Shown: one piece after another, positions 1 to 10,207 of the stretch | Layout of the letters: every line of letters begins with the position of its first letter | Position numbering within the stretch: position 1 is the stretch's first letter | Assembly: GCA_000002435.2 (NCBI GenBank) | Contig: CM018793.1 | Origin: Giardia intestinalis | Taxonomy: Eukaryota | Length of the DNA stretch: 64,000 nt | Reading direction: 5' to 3' (one strand) | Program-made: the position numbers and the translations under genes | Notes under the pieces: generated by a model | The model's input: the letters and a program-made list of their open reading frames with translations, nothing else | Told to the model about the DNA's origin: nothing | The model's database searches: none

Positions 1-1
1 G

Positions 2-802
2 GCCGTCATCTTCATCGACGAGATTGACGCCCTTGCCTCTGCTAGGGGCGGCGGAGAGGAGAGCGACGCGTCTCGCCAGATCAAGACCGAGTTCCTCGTG
101 CAGATGCAGGGCGTCGGCAAGACCGGCGGGAACGTCCTGGTTCTGGGCGCGACAAACTACCCGGAGGCGCTCGACAGCGCCATCCGCCGCCGCTTCGAGA
201 AGCGCATCGAGATCGTCCTCCCAGACGCCGCTGCCAGAAAGAATATCCTACGAAGTGGTATCGGCTCCACGCCTAACGTGTTGACAGATAGTGACTTTGC
301 TGAGCTAGGAGAAAAGACAGCCAATTACTCTGGCTCCGATCTTAGTGTATTGTGCAGAGAGGCTCTCATGGTTCCGATTCGCGAACTACAGCGCGCTGAA
401 TACTTCACTAAAAAGGACGGGTTCTACTATCCATGCGAAGCCAACGATCCTGGTGCAGAGAAGCTTTCTCTAACCGATTTCACACTCAATAGTGACGATA
501 GAAAGCTCGGCGTGCCGCCGGTTACCAGGAGACATATGGACATGGCCCTGAGTACTACAAAATCCTCAGTTTCAAAAGCTGACATAGAAAGAATTAATAT
601 GTTTTCCAAAGAGTTCGGTGAAAGTGGTGCCTATAATCCAGACGTAGAAGCAGAACCAGAACAGAACCCAAGCCATGATCAACCGAAGGCAGATTCATCC
701 GCTTCTGCGGGGAATGCTGGTAAGAAGAATACATCTCCTGCAAAGAAGTCGCATTCGAGGGCATCTACGGGTGGATCAAAATCTGGAAAAACTTCCAAGT
801 AA
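2..802 (+). CDS. VPS4: Vps4-type AAA+ ATPase (ESCRT-III disassembly), C-terminal part; the 5' end lies outside the window
   Basis: The frame is open from base 2. The translation begins AVIFIDEIDALASARGG...LVLGATNYPEALDSAIRRRFEKRIEIVLPD, giving Walker B (IFIDEID) and the arginine-finger region of meiotic-clade AAA ATPases. It also has the Vps4-specific beta-domain (YYPCEANDPGAEKL) and the C-terminal helix (FSKEFGESG), followed by an S/K-rich tail. Confidence 0.85.
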   Translation, partial: AVIFIDEIDALASARGGGEESDASRQIKTEFLVQMQGVGKTGGNVLVLGATNYPEALDSAIRRRFEKRIEIVLPDAAARKNILRSGIGSTPNVLTDSDFAELGEKTANYSGSDLSVLCREALMVPIRELQRAEYFTKKDGFYYPCEANDPGAEKLSLTDFTLNSDDRKLGVPPVTRRHMDMALSTTKSSVSKADIERINMFSKEFGESGAYNPDVEAEPEQNPSHDQPKADSSASAGNAGKKNTSPAKKSHSRASTGGSKSGKTSK

Positions 803-804
803 AT
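798..804 (+). promoter_or_regulatory. Putative polyadenylation signal AGTAAAT overlapping the VPS4 stop codon
   Basis: AGTAAAT matches the AGTRAAY motif known as the Giardia poly(A) signal. It overlaps the TAA stop at 800-802. The next gene starts only 10 bp later. Confidence 0.4.
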
Positions 805-812
805 AAAAATGA

Positions 813-2441
813 ATGGATCCTAATGTAGCCATGCGCTTTGTTCAGGATAAGTTGACGCTCTACCGCAAGCGCATGGATGTGAGCGCAATCAAAGATTTGA
901 TATCCAGAATCAGAGTTTTGAAAACACCGGAGGACGCCGAGGATCTCGTGATGAGGGTCATTCTTTGCTCAACCGGAGCTATGATTACGAGCGATATCTA
1001 TGCGAATATTGTAACCGCACTAGAGTCCCAAGGATCGGACATTTTCAAAGCAAGCGCGATTCTGTCTCTGGGTAATACGACTCCATTTTATTCTGTACAT
1101 GAGGACCACCTAATCCTGACCTCAGGCGTGCAGAAACATACACGCGAGACTATCTCCAATACTATCAAGCTTCGCATAGCCTTTCTGCAGAGACATCTTT
1201 TGCAGTATGTTAATACTACCTTTCCCATTGGCTCTAAGGATGCGCTGTTTGCTTCGTGTTTAAATTCTTGTAAGCACCTCTCATCACTAGCTTTGCTGGA
1301 AGGAAATAACAGCTCTTGTGTCCTGGTTGCGGGAGTGCTCCATGACACTCACGACGCTTTGCAACTAGAAGATGAAACTGCCCTTGTTACTTTGTTATTA
1401 GACAAAATAAAATACAACAATATTCAAAATTTTGACACATTTTTTTTAGAAAATCAGACTCAAGTTTCCTTGCCTCTTCTAAACCAGGCAGTTGTGGCAG
1501 TGGTTGGATCGGTGGAAGGCGGGAAGCTACGGGCTAACGCAATATTTACTCCACTGATCGAAACGCCGGAGAGCTTCAATGCCTTGATGGGCACAGATAA
1601 GACGCCTGCATATAAAAGCATCTTCAGTACAGTTCATACAAACACACCCGAATTCGGTTTAGTATTTTCCCAGGTATTCTTCTCCGACAGTCGATGTGTT
1701 AATGACCTCCTGCTCATGCTAAAAGAATACGACAGGAACACAGAGAGCAAACACATACCTTCGCACATAATTATTTTCGGAGTTTTTTGCGAGGGAAGAC
1801 AATCTTCTCCGTCTAATGCGCTTCTGAACATAAAAAAGTTTCTTGATGCGTTAATTACCGAGCAGCTGACCAAGATGACTGAACATACACTTTTTGTGTT
1901 TGCTCCCCACAAAGCTGACCCGTCATTGACAGGTGATGTATATCCTCGACAACTCTTTTCCAAAAAAACTGTCGATACATTAAGGACAGACTATCAGACA
2001 CTAAAGCTGTCCTTTCCCACAACGCCATTCCACCTCGCGTACGGGCACCAAACATTAGTACTTTCGAGCATGCCCCATGAGGAAGTATTTCTCAATCTCA
2101 CAAAAGATAGTACAGTGATGACGGAGATTGAGGAGTACTATGCGACGCACGAGGAGCTCGCAAACTTCATCGTCGCCCAGAAAAACTTATTTCCATTTCC
2201 CCACAGCACGGCCCCTTGGCTCTGGGGCGCAGACCCTTTGCTAAATCTTCTTCCACTTCCAAATAGCATTATACTAGCTGATGGTGCGTTTGCACGGTGT
2301 TCTGTAGCTTCGGGAGTAACTGTTGCGAGTCCTGGAAGTTTTTATACTGATAGAACGTATGTTGTCTTCCACGCGGCCAAAACCAACTCACCCATTGACA
2401 TTCTTCAATTGAGCAAGCAGATGGACAGCGCAGAGTTGTAA
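813..2441 (+). CDS. DNA polymerase epsilon subunit B (Dpb2/POLE2-like)
   Basis: This 542-aa ORF is collinear with the family. It has LQLEDETALVTL in the OB-fold region and degenerate phosphoesterase-fold motifs GLVFSQVFFSD, HIIIFGVFCEG and TLFVFAPHKADPS. The C-terminal LPLPNSIILAD...ASPGSF resembles the family signature PxPDxxxxAD...NPGSF. Confidence 0.7.
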   Translation: MDPNVAMRFVQDKLTLYRKRMDVSAIKDLISRIRVLKTPEDAEDLVMRVILCSTGAMITSDIYANIVTALESQGSDIFKASAILSLGNTTPFYSVHEDHLILTSGVQKHTRETISNTIKLRIAFLQRHLLQYVNTTFPIGSKDALFASCLNSCKHLSSLALLEGNNSSCVLVAGVLHDTHDALQLEDETALVTLLLDKIKYNNIQNFDTFFLENQTQVSLPLLNQAVVAVVGSVEGGKLRANAIFTPLIETPESFNALMGTDKTPAYKSIFSTVHTNTPEFGLVFSQVFFSDSRCVNDLLLMLKEYDRNTESKHIPSHIIIFGVFCEGRQSSPSNALLNIKKFLDALITEQLTKMTEHTLFVFAPHKADPSLTGDVYPRQLFSKKTVDTLRTDYQTLKLSFPTTPFHLAYGHQTLVLSSMPHEEVFLNLTKDSTVMTEIEEYYATHEELANFIVAQKNLFPFPHSTAPWLWGADPLLNLLPLPNSIILADGAFARCSVASGVTVASPGSFYTDRTYVVFHAAKTNSPIDILQLSKQMDSAEL

Positions 2442-2471
2442 ATAACTAAGTCTACAGGAAAATCACGAGGA

Positions 2472-3257
2472 TCACATGATGAAGCACCCACCCTGCTTAT
2501 CCGCAGAGCTCTTGAAGTTGTCCCACGACGCGCCATCAATGAAATCATAGTCGTCTGCGACACCTCTGGCCAGACAGAGGACAGACCGGACGATCGACTC
2601 GGTATACACGCTCACCTCAGCCCAACGTAGCTCTCTGTCGAGCACAAAGTTGCGCATTTGTGCCTTTAGCTGCTGATCTACCACATTCTCAACATTGCAA
2701 ACAGCCAAGATGTGTGGCACAAAGCGAGGAGCAGTCATGGCACGCTTCAAGGTGTCTAGTGTCAGGCCAGAGGAAGGATCAGACGACGCTGGGAGAAGAG
2801 CCGCATTATAGATGCTCTGGAGTCGGACAGACTCTTTTCTGAGGATGACAGTCACCTCGTCTACGTGTGCCTTCATGAAGGCTACTGATGCGTCTGAGGA
2901 CAGATCGCAAACGAAGACACATGCAGAAGTAAGAGGATAGTCCTTCTGAATTCTTGTTATCCCCTTTTCAGGCACATTAATAATCTTAAGGCACAACTGC
3001 TTGCTGTCGATGAAGCTGGCAACCGTTAGAGAGTTGCTTTTTTCTCCCTTTTCCCCGCACGGAATCTGAAAATACTCTCGCAAAAGCTCAAATAGTTGTG
3101 TCTTACTAGAGTCATCTGTCCCCAGCAACAGTATAGTGAGCGTGTATTCCCGTGATTCCTGGGGCCGTGGGGCTGTCCTCTCTTCTATCAAAGATACTAT
3201 TGATTCAACAACTGCCGGCTTGAGTGGCGCTGTTGTAGAATTAACGATTACTTCCAT
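2472..3257 (-). CDS. Divergent Ras-superfamily-like protein with a C-terminal CaaX box
   Basis: This is a 261-aa ORF. The P-loop-like ILLLGTDDSSKTQL follows GxxxxGK[ST] with the second Gly replaced by Ser. It has a hydrophobic strand plus Asp (VFVCDLS) and ends in CFIM, a CaaX prenylation motif. The G3 and G4 motifs are not convincing. Confidence 0.55.
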   Translation of the reverse strand: MEVIVNSTTAPLKPAVVESIVSLIEERTAPRPQESREYTLTILLLGTDDSSKTQLFELLREYFQIPCGEKGEKSNSLTVASFIDSKQLCLKIINVPEKGITRIQKDYPLTSACVFVCDLSSDASVAFMKAHVDEVTVILRKESVRLQSIYNAALLPASSDPSSGLTLDTLKRAMTAPRFVPHILAVCNVENVVDQQLKAQMRNFVLDRELRWAEVSVYTESIVRSVLCLARGVADDYDFIDGASWDNFKSSADKQGGCFIM

Positions 3258-3350
3258 CTTTTTTGTGATGATGGCAGAATTTAAGTTTTTTGTCCTCTCT
3301 TGATTCTGTTCTGGAGATCTAAAGCCGGGGCCGTTTTTACTGCTTACCCC

Positions 3351-4118
3351 CTACTTCTTGCGTCCACGGCCCTGCACCTGCTCCAGTTGTGTCAATATCT
3401 TCTGTCCCTGGCCTTTGTCTCCACTGTGCTCGTCCATATAGCAGACATAGAACTTCAGCACGGTTTCAAAGAAGGGACAGGGGCCACATAGCGCGAGAAT
3501 AGAGCGCTGGAAGACGTAAAGATCGACAGCCATCGTCTCTGGGGTGATTGGCGACCTAGAGGCTAACCCAAAATCTATGACACTGAGCCTGCGCTCATCT
3601 CTATTATAAAGTAAATTACTTGTAGTCAGGTCGTTATGAACTATGCGAGCCATATGAAGCCTCGCAATGGTAGACCCTACGAGCTTTGCAAACGCCTCAT
3701 CGAATAATAAATCGGTGCTGTCAGCCAGGTGGGTGGAGACGGAGGAATCACGTATCCAGGACATGTATATACACCCGTTGGGCTCATCAACATAAAGCAC
3801 ACTAGGAACAGCTAGGCCAGCTGCGTGTGCCGCTTCCAAGGCTCGTGCTTCAGCTCTAGTTCGCCTCTGTCGAATCTGCCTGTCTAGTGCAGGGTGCCTG
3901 TATTCTTTAGGGAAGCGGTGCTTTGCGATAGCATCCTTCCCTGACGTGGACAGAGTCCCGGAATAGATGCGCGCCTCAGCGCCCTGAAATAGAAGGGAGC
4001 AGTTGTCCAGGGCTACGGTGAAGTTAGATGTGCCTGGAGGTCCCGTTTTCATTGCCGTGGTCCCAGATTCAATCATTAAAACTTTTTGACCACATGTTCC
4101 CCTCATTGCATTTGTCAA
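3351..4118 (-). CDS. BUD32: Bud32/PRPK atypical kinase (KEOPS complex)
   Basis: Diagnostic motifs are QGAEARIY, KHRFPKEYRHPALD, RRTRAEARAL, IVHNDLTTSNLL, VIDFGLA, AVDLYV and the C-terminal GRGRKK. The start could be a downstream Met (M23, at 4052), because the first Mets overlap the divergent neighbour. Confidence 0.85.
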   Translation of the reverse strand: MTNAMRGTCGQKVLMIESGTTAMKTGPPGTSNFTVALDNCSLLFQGAEARIYSGTLSTSGKDAIAKHRFPKEYRHPALDRQIRQRRTRAEARALEAAHAAGLAVPSVLYVDEPNGCIYMSWIRDSSVSTHLADSTDLLFDEAFAKLVGSTIARLHMARIVHNDLTTSNLLYNRDERRLSVIDFGLASRSPITPETMAVDLYVFQRSILALCGPCPFFETVLKFYVCYMDEHSGDKGQGQKILTQLEQVQGRGRKK

Positions 4119-7100
4119 TTAGGCCGAACTTTTCGCAGAGGAGTGTCATTGGTGTGGCCATCTACACCTACTCCACTCCCCTCAAGCTTCCCCTTCCCAT
4201 TATACCCATATTCTGCAGGTCTTCTATCATCAAACAAATTCTGCTTAATGGTATTGAATGCCCTTCAGAGGCTTTGTTTCCCATCAACCACAGCTTACTA
4301 TACTCGGCGGAAAGTGCACCGAAACCCTCAAAGTCTTACACCTCTCTTTTAGACCTTCAGGATCTCGTTTACACAGCGCGCACCGTCAGGTACCGTGTCG
4401 GGGACTTCTATTTAGATCTCAGCTCACTTCTTCCTCAGTTTGCTTTAGCGGAACAACTCAAGGCATCAAGCACGGCATTGGGTGGATCCCTGGACCCAGA
4501 CGCTACAGACACCGTCAAGGATCCGCTACACGCATCAGCTGCAGCCCCCCGATTCAACCTCATGACCATCACTATTATTTTCGAGACCTGCAACAGATCT
4601 CTTTTTATTGAGTACCCCAGTACCTCCACTCTCATGTCTGGACGGCTGAGCACAATGTTAGTCGTTGGAAACACTGGCAACTCAGCTGATTGGTTGCCCA
4701 TTCCATTGTTTTCTATGTCGGTTAGCCACAACATTACTCTTCAGTTCGCTTCGTTACCACAGGAGTATAGGCCAATCTGTGGGGGCCGGCTGTGTATCTG
4801 CAGCCGAGCTGGTAGTCAATCTCTTCCCGCTACACAGGTCACATGTGCCTCGACGGGATATCTATTTACGGATCTTTTCGGGAGTTTGCACAAGCTGTGC
4901 TTTATTATTGCACGTGCTAATGGATTTCTTCACATGGAACCCTTCCATACTCCAGATGCTAAGAATGTAAAAGATGGAACATCAGCTAATAGAAAGGAGT
5001 CTCAGCATAGCTTTGACTTCCTCAGAACAGAGTACCATAAGCTTATTGACCAGCACAGAACAATTAGTATTTACGAATTAGTGAGATTGTCACCAATTCT
5101 CCAAAGCATCTTCACGTTTCCTCATAACGCCAAAGATGGAGGGTTCATCGGGTTAAATCTCGTTTGCTATACATTAACAAATATGAGGCAGTACGATCTT
5201 TCTGCACAGGTGTATACTCTTTATAAAGCGTTTAGGCTGGCCATAGACTTCCTGTCACTCACACCGCACAGGGGCCGAAATTTCAATATTGCTATCTTTT
5301 TTGATGGCTGTGGTCGCACGATAATCGGAAATGGCATCATTGTTATCCCACTGATGCCCTGCAACTATATGGCTGCATGCATGAGCTATATGAGGGTTAT
5401 TTCCGAGGTCGTCGCCAAGTACATATTTGGGGTTCACGTTCCCGCTGCAGACTACGCTAGTCAGCCCGTATGCACGGTTCTTCAGCAGGCTCTCATGCTT
5501 CACATACGGCACGCGTTGCTTGGTGCTGTGGATACTCGTCGGTTCTATTACGAAGTGAGCATTCGAGGGGCGTCGGAGGTTTCCGCGTCAAGTCCTGCAC
5601 TTTGGCATCAGTACCTTACGCATGATGTTGAAGAACGGTACAACCCAGGCCAGTTTTACCTCCATCACATCAAGGGAGCTCTCAATTATGGCTTGTATGG
5701 CACACCAATGGATAGGATTGATGGCCTCTTGAAGAATGTTGGCTGTACATCCAAAGGCACACTGAACGCCAGCATAAAAAAGGCATCAATCAAGGCACCT
5801 GCGTGCATAAGTCATCTGGAGGCAGTCTATAACTTCTTAGATACTTCTTTCGGCACATCCTACAGCGTAAAGCCAAGCAATAAAAATGTATGGTTAGCAG
5901 AAAGTGACAAGGATCGCTTGCACTTTCTGAACAGTCAGGGATCATATAAAAGCGCAAATTTGAAGCTGAAGAAAGGGAAAAAGTCCCATGCCTCAAAGTC
6001 CCACGAGTACTATCCGTCCGATTGCCAGATTTATACCACACATTTAAAGGAAACAAATCCTATTGAGGTTGCTGCGCTGACAGCAGACAAGTCTCGATGG
6101 TTTAATCATAATACTCTTTACAATGTTGATTTTCTATTGAATTTGTATCGATCAACAGCCGCAACAGCTTTCACACAGATGGGTGCACTCACTAATAAGC
6201 ATGTAGAAGATCTTGCGCAGACAACTATCCATCATTCCAAACATGCAGTCTCATTGGATCCAGATAACTTCTCGCTCGGCAATTCCTTTTCCTCTCCTAC
6301 TATGCCGCGTAAGATGGGGATGCAGCTCTCAACGGCACTTAAGGTAGACCAGTCTTTTGAGGTTGATGATGTTGTGACAGATTTCGGTGTAGACATTGAT
6401 AGTCAATCGGCAGCATCAAGTTCAGTTTTTGCTGGAGGAAAGCAATCTGGAACGTTCCGTAGCGTCGATACCCAAGCAGCATATACACTGTACGGCACTC
6501 AGAAGTCCGGGATTCTCAAAGGAAGCCAGTACTCGGCCAATATGTCTGACGGAGTAGATGGCGATTCAGCCCTTCTACTGTCGCTTAAGCGACCCATGGA
6601 TGCATGCATTCAATCACTGGCCAACTCTCTTTGCCTGGACATGGAATCGCTGTCTTTGATGTACTTTTATATTAATGAGCCATTCTTCCCCATAGCATAT
6701 GCGGTTCCCGAAGATAAGATCCGCACCCGTGCAGAGATTATTGGGATGACCATCAGGAACAACCTCACTACTCAGGGTTTTCGCAGCTTTCTCCAGAGCT
6801 TTCTTGACATAGGGTATGTGCAAATTAATTTGTTCTTTAAGTTCCTGGACGAGGTTTGCTCAAATAAAAGCTACTTCACCGGGGGAACGTGGCTTAAGAC
6901 AGTAGCAAGCGATGCACCAGACATTTCTCCGGAGAAAGATGCAGGGGTTGACTTTCCGGATCCTAACCTTTCACTTTTGCCCGACACAGGTGAGTATAGT
7001 TTGAACATCACAGTACTAAAAGGAGCCGCTGGAGCGGGTGAAGGCTTCTCTGCTGAGCAGTACAAGTTGGGCCACGAAACGCTTCATGCCAGTTTTTCTT

Positions 7101-10100
7101 TAGATGCTTCTTTACGTGAAGCCTCTTTTGACCCTAGAGCTGATATTGAAGGTGTTTACGCTAGTATGTCTCCTACAGCACGACTCGGTGACGACGGATA
7201 TAATAAGCTCGAACAAAACCAAAGCGACACACAAGCAGCTTCCAGTCCTCATCCATTTACATTTCTAATCCACAAATTGGGTATTATGCCCAATTACATA
7301 TCAATAGCATACTCCTGTCAGCAGGATAGCACAAACAATCAGTTCACAGACCAATTTGATATCATTCTCTTAAATATGACTACAGGGCTAACAGACTGTT
7401 TAAAAGACACATGCACGAAAATAGGTCTACCATTAATCAATAGAGGAGAGTCTGCGGCTGGATGCAGACGCTTGCTATTCTTCCCCAACATAGAAGGGCC
7501 ACATGAGTTCAGCAAGAGCTACGATTTTACTACTTTTAGAGGCACTATGGCATCGGATGCTAACCTTGCGGTGCATGAAATTACTGACATGCAGCATGCG
7601 GAAAGACACGATAGCCGCTCCTTCACAGTTATAAAAGGCGCAAGCAGCAACCTTTATGCTAGCATTCATATGCTCCAGCAGCCGGGACGGATGGGCAGTG
7701 GTGGATCCGGGACCTTGAGCTTTAACCTGTTGACAAGGATTGGAAGTGAGTTTCTAGAGAATATAAAAGCTGAAACCTTTATTGAGAAGAGCTTTTACGA
7801 TACTATCAAGACCAAGAAGTTTGCACACGTGATTATAGACCCTTATAATCAGCTCCCGTTTGCATATAAGCACCACTATGCGGAAAAGAACGATAAAGAT
7901 AATAACAATTGCTACAGATCTATCGCCAAGGTCGATTGTGAACGAGACATAGCTGTGCAGCTAGAGTCTTTGAACTCACTTAGCTATAATTGTAACAATG
8001 ACGTCATTCCCCTTCTCTTGGGTATTCTTTATTCTGAGGCAGTAGCACCAGCACTCCAAGAGACCGCGTTCAAAATTCTCATCTATAAAATAACCCGCGA
8101 TAACTTCTATGAGGCTGTTAACAAAGAAATGAGCCGTCTTGAAATGAATAGCAAGGTTAAAGAGCAAAAGCAGTGGATTCTCTTGTTGAACATATACTTC
8201 TTCGGCCATAGACGCCTGTTGAACGCATTTCCCATTCTTCCAGATGGGTACACCGGGCTAACGGCACACAGATATGATCACGAATGCATTATGAAGCTAG
8301 ATGTAGGATCGTTGGTCGCTTATGCCCTGCTGTGTGGGTATGTCTCTATGTCCAAAGCCACTGACCTGCTCTCCTTGTTAAACAAGGACAGTGATACTGC
8401 CTCCTCTAGTCACGCACTAACGATAGCGGTTCTTCAGGCACTTACCTGGCAAATAATCCGTAAAGTGATCGTTATTAATACAGAAGTCTACATGGTCTTG
8501 CTCATCTTCATCAACTTTCTTATTAGCAACGCCACTATGATCTCTGTTCGCCGAATGGCCATTTGCTCGTTGACATTAATCGTATCGACGGCCTGGGAAA
8601 ATCCTGGAGTAGCGACTGCTCTTATTGATCTTTTCAATGAAAAGGAGCTTATTTCGGAAAAGATACGCCTCCTTATTAGTTGCTTATTTGGTGGTGGTTG
8701 TTGCGACCAGGATTTGCATGCTATTAGACCCAGTTTGCTCGATACAAAAGATCGTCCTAGATGCTCCTGTAATTGCTGCAACTGTGCACTTATAAACAGC
8801 GATAAATCACTCGGTCCCTTTATTATTATAAGGGTGATTTTTGTCCACATTCTGTTAGATATCATAGATTTATACCTTGAGAACAATAGAAATTCATCTG
8901 AATCCAGTATGGACGCGACACACCTGCATTACTCTCCAGCTGTGGCCGGGATGTTCATCAGCCGGGAGGTTGTGGACGAGTGCTTCCACTGCCTGGACTT
9001 GCTGGGAACAAATAACTACATGACCTCCAGCGACTCAACCGCGTACATCGTCCAGCCGCTCTCGAGCCGCTTCGTCGCGGCCCTGTACAGAGGGACGGTC
9101 TACTCCCAGACACACAGCATGGACCCGTGCAACCGCTACGCCATGTCCAACGCGGAGGCGCTGGTCTTCATGATGGCCTACGTGACCCATCTCTTCACCC
9201 TTCCCCTTAACGAGTCCAAACAGGTTGAGTGGGACGTGCTGCGCGGGTGCCCCGTATGCCTCGTCAACGGGGGCTGCCGGTGCGTACGAGTGAGCTGGCC
9301 TGCCGTCAGGAGCCCCGACTCAAAGTCTGCCCCACAGAACTACGTGACCGTTCGGTGCCTGACGTCGGACTTCTTCTGGACATACGAGCAAAGCTCTAGC
9401 AGCTATGCTAGCCTTGAGGAGTACTTCGATAAGCATTACGTGGCCCAGGACCCCATCACAGCCGCAGTGTTTGAAAACGGCAGGCTGGTCAACGCCCACT
9501 TCAATCCCAAGAAGCGCTACGACGCGGTCCTGTTCAGACGAGCGGACAGGGCGGACAGAGAAGACAATAGCACAAACCCCGAGCCCCGGGCGAGCTCGTG
9601 CTACCCGGAATTCATGCTTCCGTGCCTCTACAACCCGACCACGCGCATCAACTATCCCGGGTACCTATTCAGACAGTGCCTCTTCGACGCCGCGGGCTGC
9701 ATGATCGGGCAGTCTGTCGCATCCCGGCTCATCGACATGCTCTTGTATCCGGCAGGGCCCCGGGTGCAGCAGAAGGAGGAAGCCGGCGATGCCTGCACTC
9801 CCGCCGCCTTAGAGTTGTTCAAGAGAGCAGCAGGATTTGGAGAAGACATGCCACTTCTTATCCTTAACGCCATCAGCACGCTGCACGGCGTGAATCTCCT
9901 TAGGGCTCTGCCGCCCTCTCAATTCGACAGTGAGGCAGAGATCGAGGCCCTGGCAGAGCACCAGAGGACGGCATCTTTCAAGGACGCACTGCTGGCAGCA
10001 ACGCACAGCCACAGCGAATACGTCAACGTTATGACGACGTTCTGCGAAGAGAATGTCACGCTGAAGGCGGGAATGAACGACAACGTGTGCAAGATGGAGC

Positions 10101-10207
10101 ACAACATGGGGTACCTCATCCACGCGCGGTATGAGTCGTCCAACGACCAGGTTCGAGGAACGGTGCTGCGGTTCGCTGGATTTGTAATAGGTTACATGCC
10201 CAACTGA
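4028..10207 (+). CDS. Large hypothetical protein (2059 aa), no domain recognised
   Basis: One uninterrupted 6.2-kb ORF. All antisense ORFs within it are short. The start is uncertain because the first 91 nt overlap BUD32 on the other strand. The last ~430 codons (from ~8910) are encoded by markedly GC-richer DNA. Confidence 0.8.
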   Translation: MCLEVPFSLPWSQIQSLKLFDHMFPSLHLSIRPNFSQRSVIGVAIYTYSTPLKLPLPIIPIFCRSSIIKQILLNGIECPSEALFPINHSLLYSAESAPKPSKSYTSLLDLQDLVYTARTVRYRVGDFYLDLSSLLPQFALAEQLKASSTALGGSLDPDATDTVKDPLHASAAAPRFNLMTITIIFETCNRSLFIEYPSTSTLMSGRLSTMLVVGNTGNSADWLPIPLFSMSVSHNITLQFASLPQEYRPICGGRLCICSRAGSQSLPATQVTCASTGYLFTDLFGSLHKLCFIIARANGFLHMEPFHTPDAKNVKDGTSANRKESQHSFDFLRTEYHKLIDQHRTISIYELVRLSPILQSIFTFPHNAKDGGFIGLNLVCYTLTNMRQYDLSAQVYTLYKAFRLAIDFLSLTPHRGRNFNIAIFFDGCGRTIIGNGIIVIPLMPCNYMAACMSYMRVISEVVAKYIFGVHVPAADYASQPVCTVLQQALMLHIRHALLGAVDTRRFYYEVSIRGASEVSASSPALWHQYLTHDVEERYNPGQFYLHHIKGALNYGLYGTPMDRIDGLLKNVGCTSKGTLNASIKKASIKAPACISHLEAVYNFLDTSFGTSYSVKPSNKNVWLAESDKDRLHFLNSQGSYKSANLKLKKGKKSHASKSHEYYPSDCQIYTTHLKETNPIEVAALTADKSRWFNHNTLYNVDFLLNLYRSTAATAFTQMGALTNKHVEDLAQTTIHHSKHAVSLDPDNFSLGNSFSSPTMPRKMGMQLSTALKVDQSFEVDDVVTDFGVDIDSQSAASSSVFAGGKQSGTFRSVDTQAAYTLYGTQKSGILKGSQYSANMSDGVDGDSALLLSLKRPMDACIQSLANSLCLDMESLSLMYFYINEPFFPIAYAVPEDKIRTRAEIIGMTIRNNLTTQGFRSFLQSFLDIGYVQINLFFKFLDEVCSNKSYFTGGTWLKTVASDAPDISPEKDAGVDFPDPNLSLLPDTGEYSLNITVLKGAAGAGEGFSAEQYKLGHETLHASFSLDASLREASFDPRADIEGVYASMSPTARLGDDGYNKLEQNQSDTQAASSPHPFTFLIHKLGIMPNYISIAYSCQQDSTNNQFTDQFDIILLNMTTGLTDCLKDTCTKIGLPLINRGESAAGCRRLLFFPNIEGPHEFSKSYDFTTFRGTMASDANLAVHEITDMQHAERHDSRSFTVIKGASSNLYASIHMLQQPGRMGSGGSGTLSFNLLTRIGSEFLENIKAETFIEKSFYDTIKTKKFAHVIIDPYNQLPFAYKHHYAEKNDKDNNNCYRSIAKVDCERDIAVQLESLNSLSYNCNNDVIPLLLGILYSEAVAPALQETAFKILIYKITRDNFYEAVNKEMSRLEMNSKVKEQKQWILLLNIYFFGHRRLLNAFPILPDGYTGLTAHRYDHECIMKLDVGSLVAYALLCGYVSMSKATDLLSLLNKDSDTASSSHALTIAVLQALTWQIIRKVIVINTEVYMVLLIFINFLISNATMISVRRMAICSLTLIVSTAWENPGVATALIDLFNEKELISEKIRLLISCLFGGGCCDQDLHAIRPSLLDTKDRPRCSCNCCNCALINSDKSLGPFIIIRVIFVHILLDIIDLYLENNRNSSESSMDATHLHYSPAVAGMFISREVVDECFHCLDLLGTNNYMTSSDSTAYIVQPLSSRFVAALYRGTVYSQTHSMDPCNRYAMSNAEALVFMMAYVTHLFTLPLNESKQVEWDVLRGCPVCLVNGGCRCVRVSWPAVRSPDSKSAPQNYVTVRCLTSDFFWTYEQSSSSYASLEEYFDKHYVAQDPITAAVFENGRLVNAHFNPKKRYDAVLFRRADRADREDNSTNPEPRASSCYPEFMLPCLYNPTTRINYPGYLFRQCLFDAAGCMIGQSVASRLIDMLLYPAGPRVQQKEEAGDACTPAALELFKRAAGFGEDMPLLILNAISTLHGVNLLRALPPSQFDSEAEIEALAEHQRTASFKDALLAATHSHSEYVNVMTTFCEENVTLKAGMNDNVCKMEHNMGYLIHARYESSNDQVRGTVLRFAGFVIGYMPN

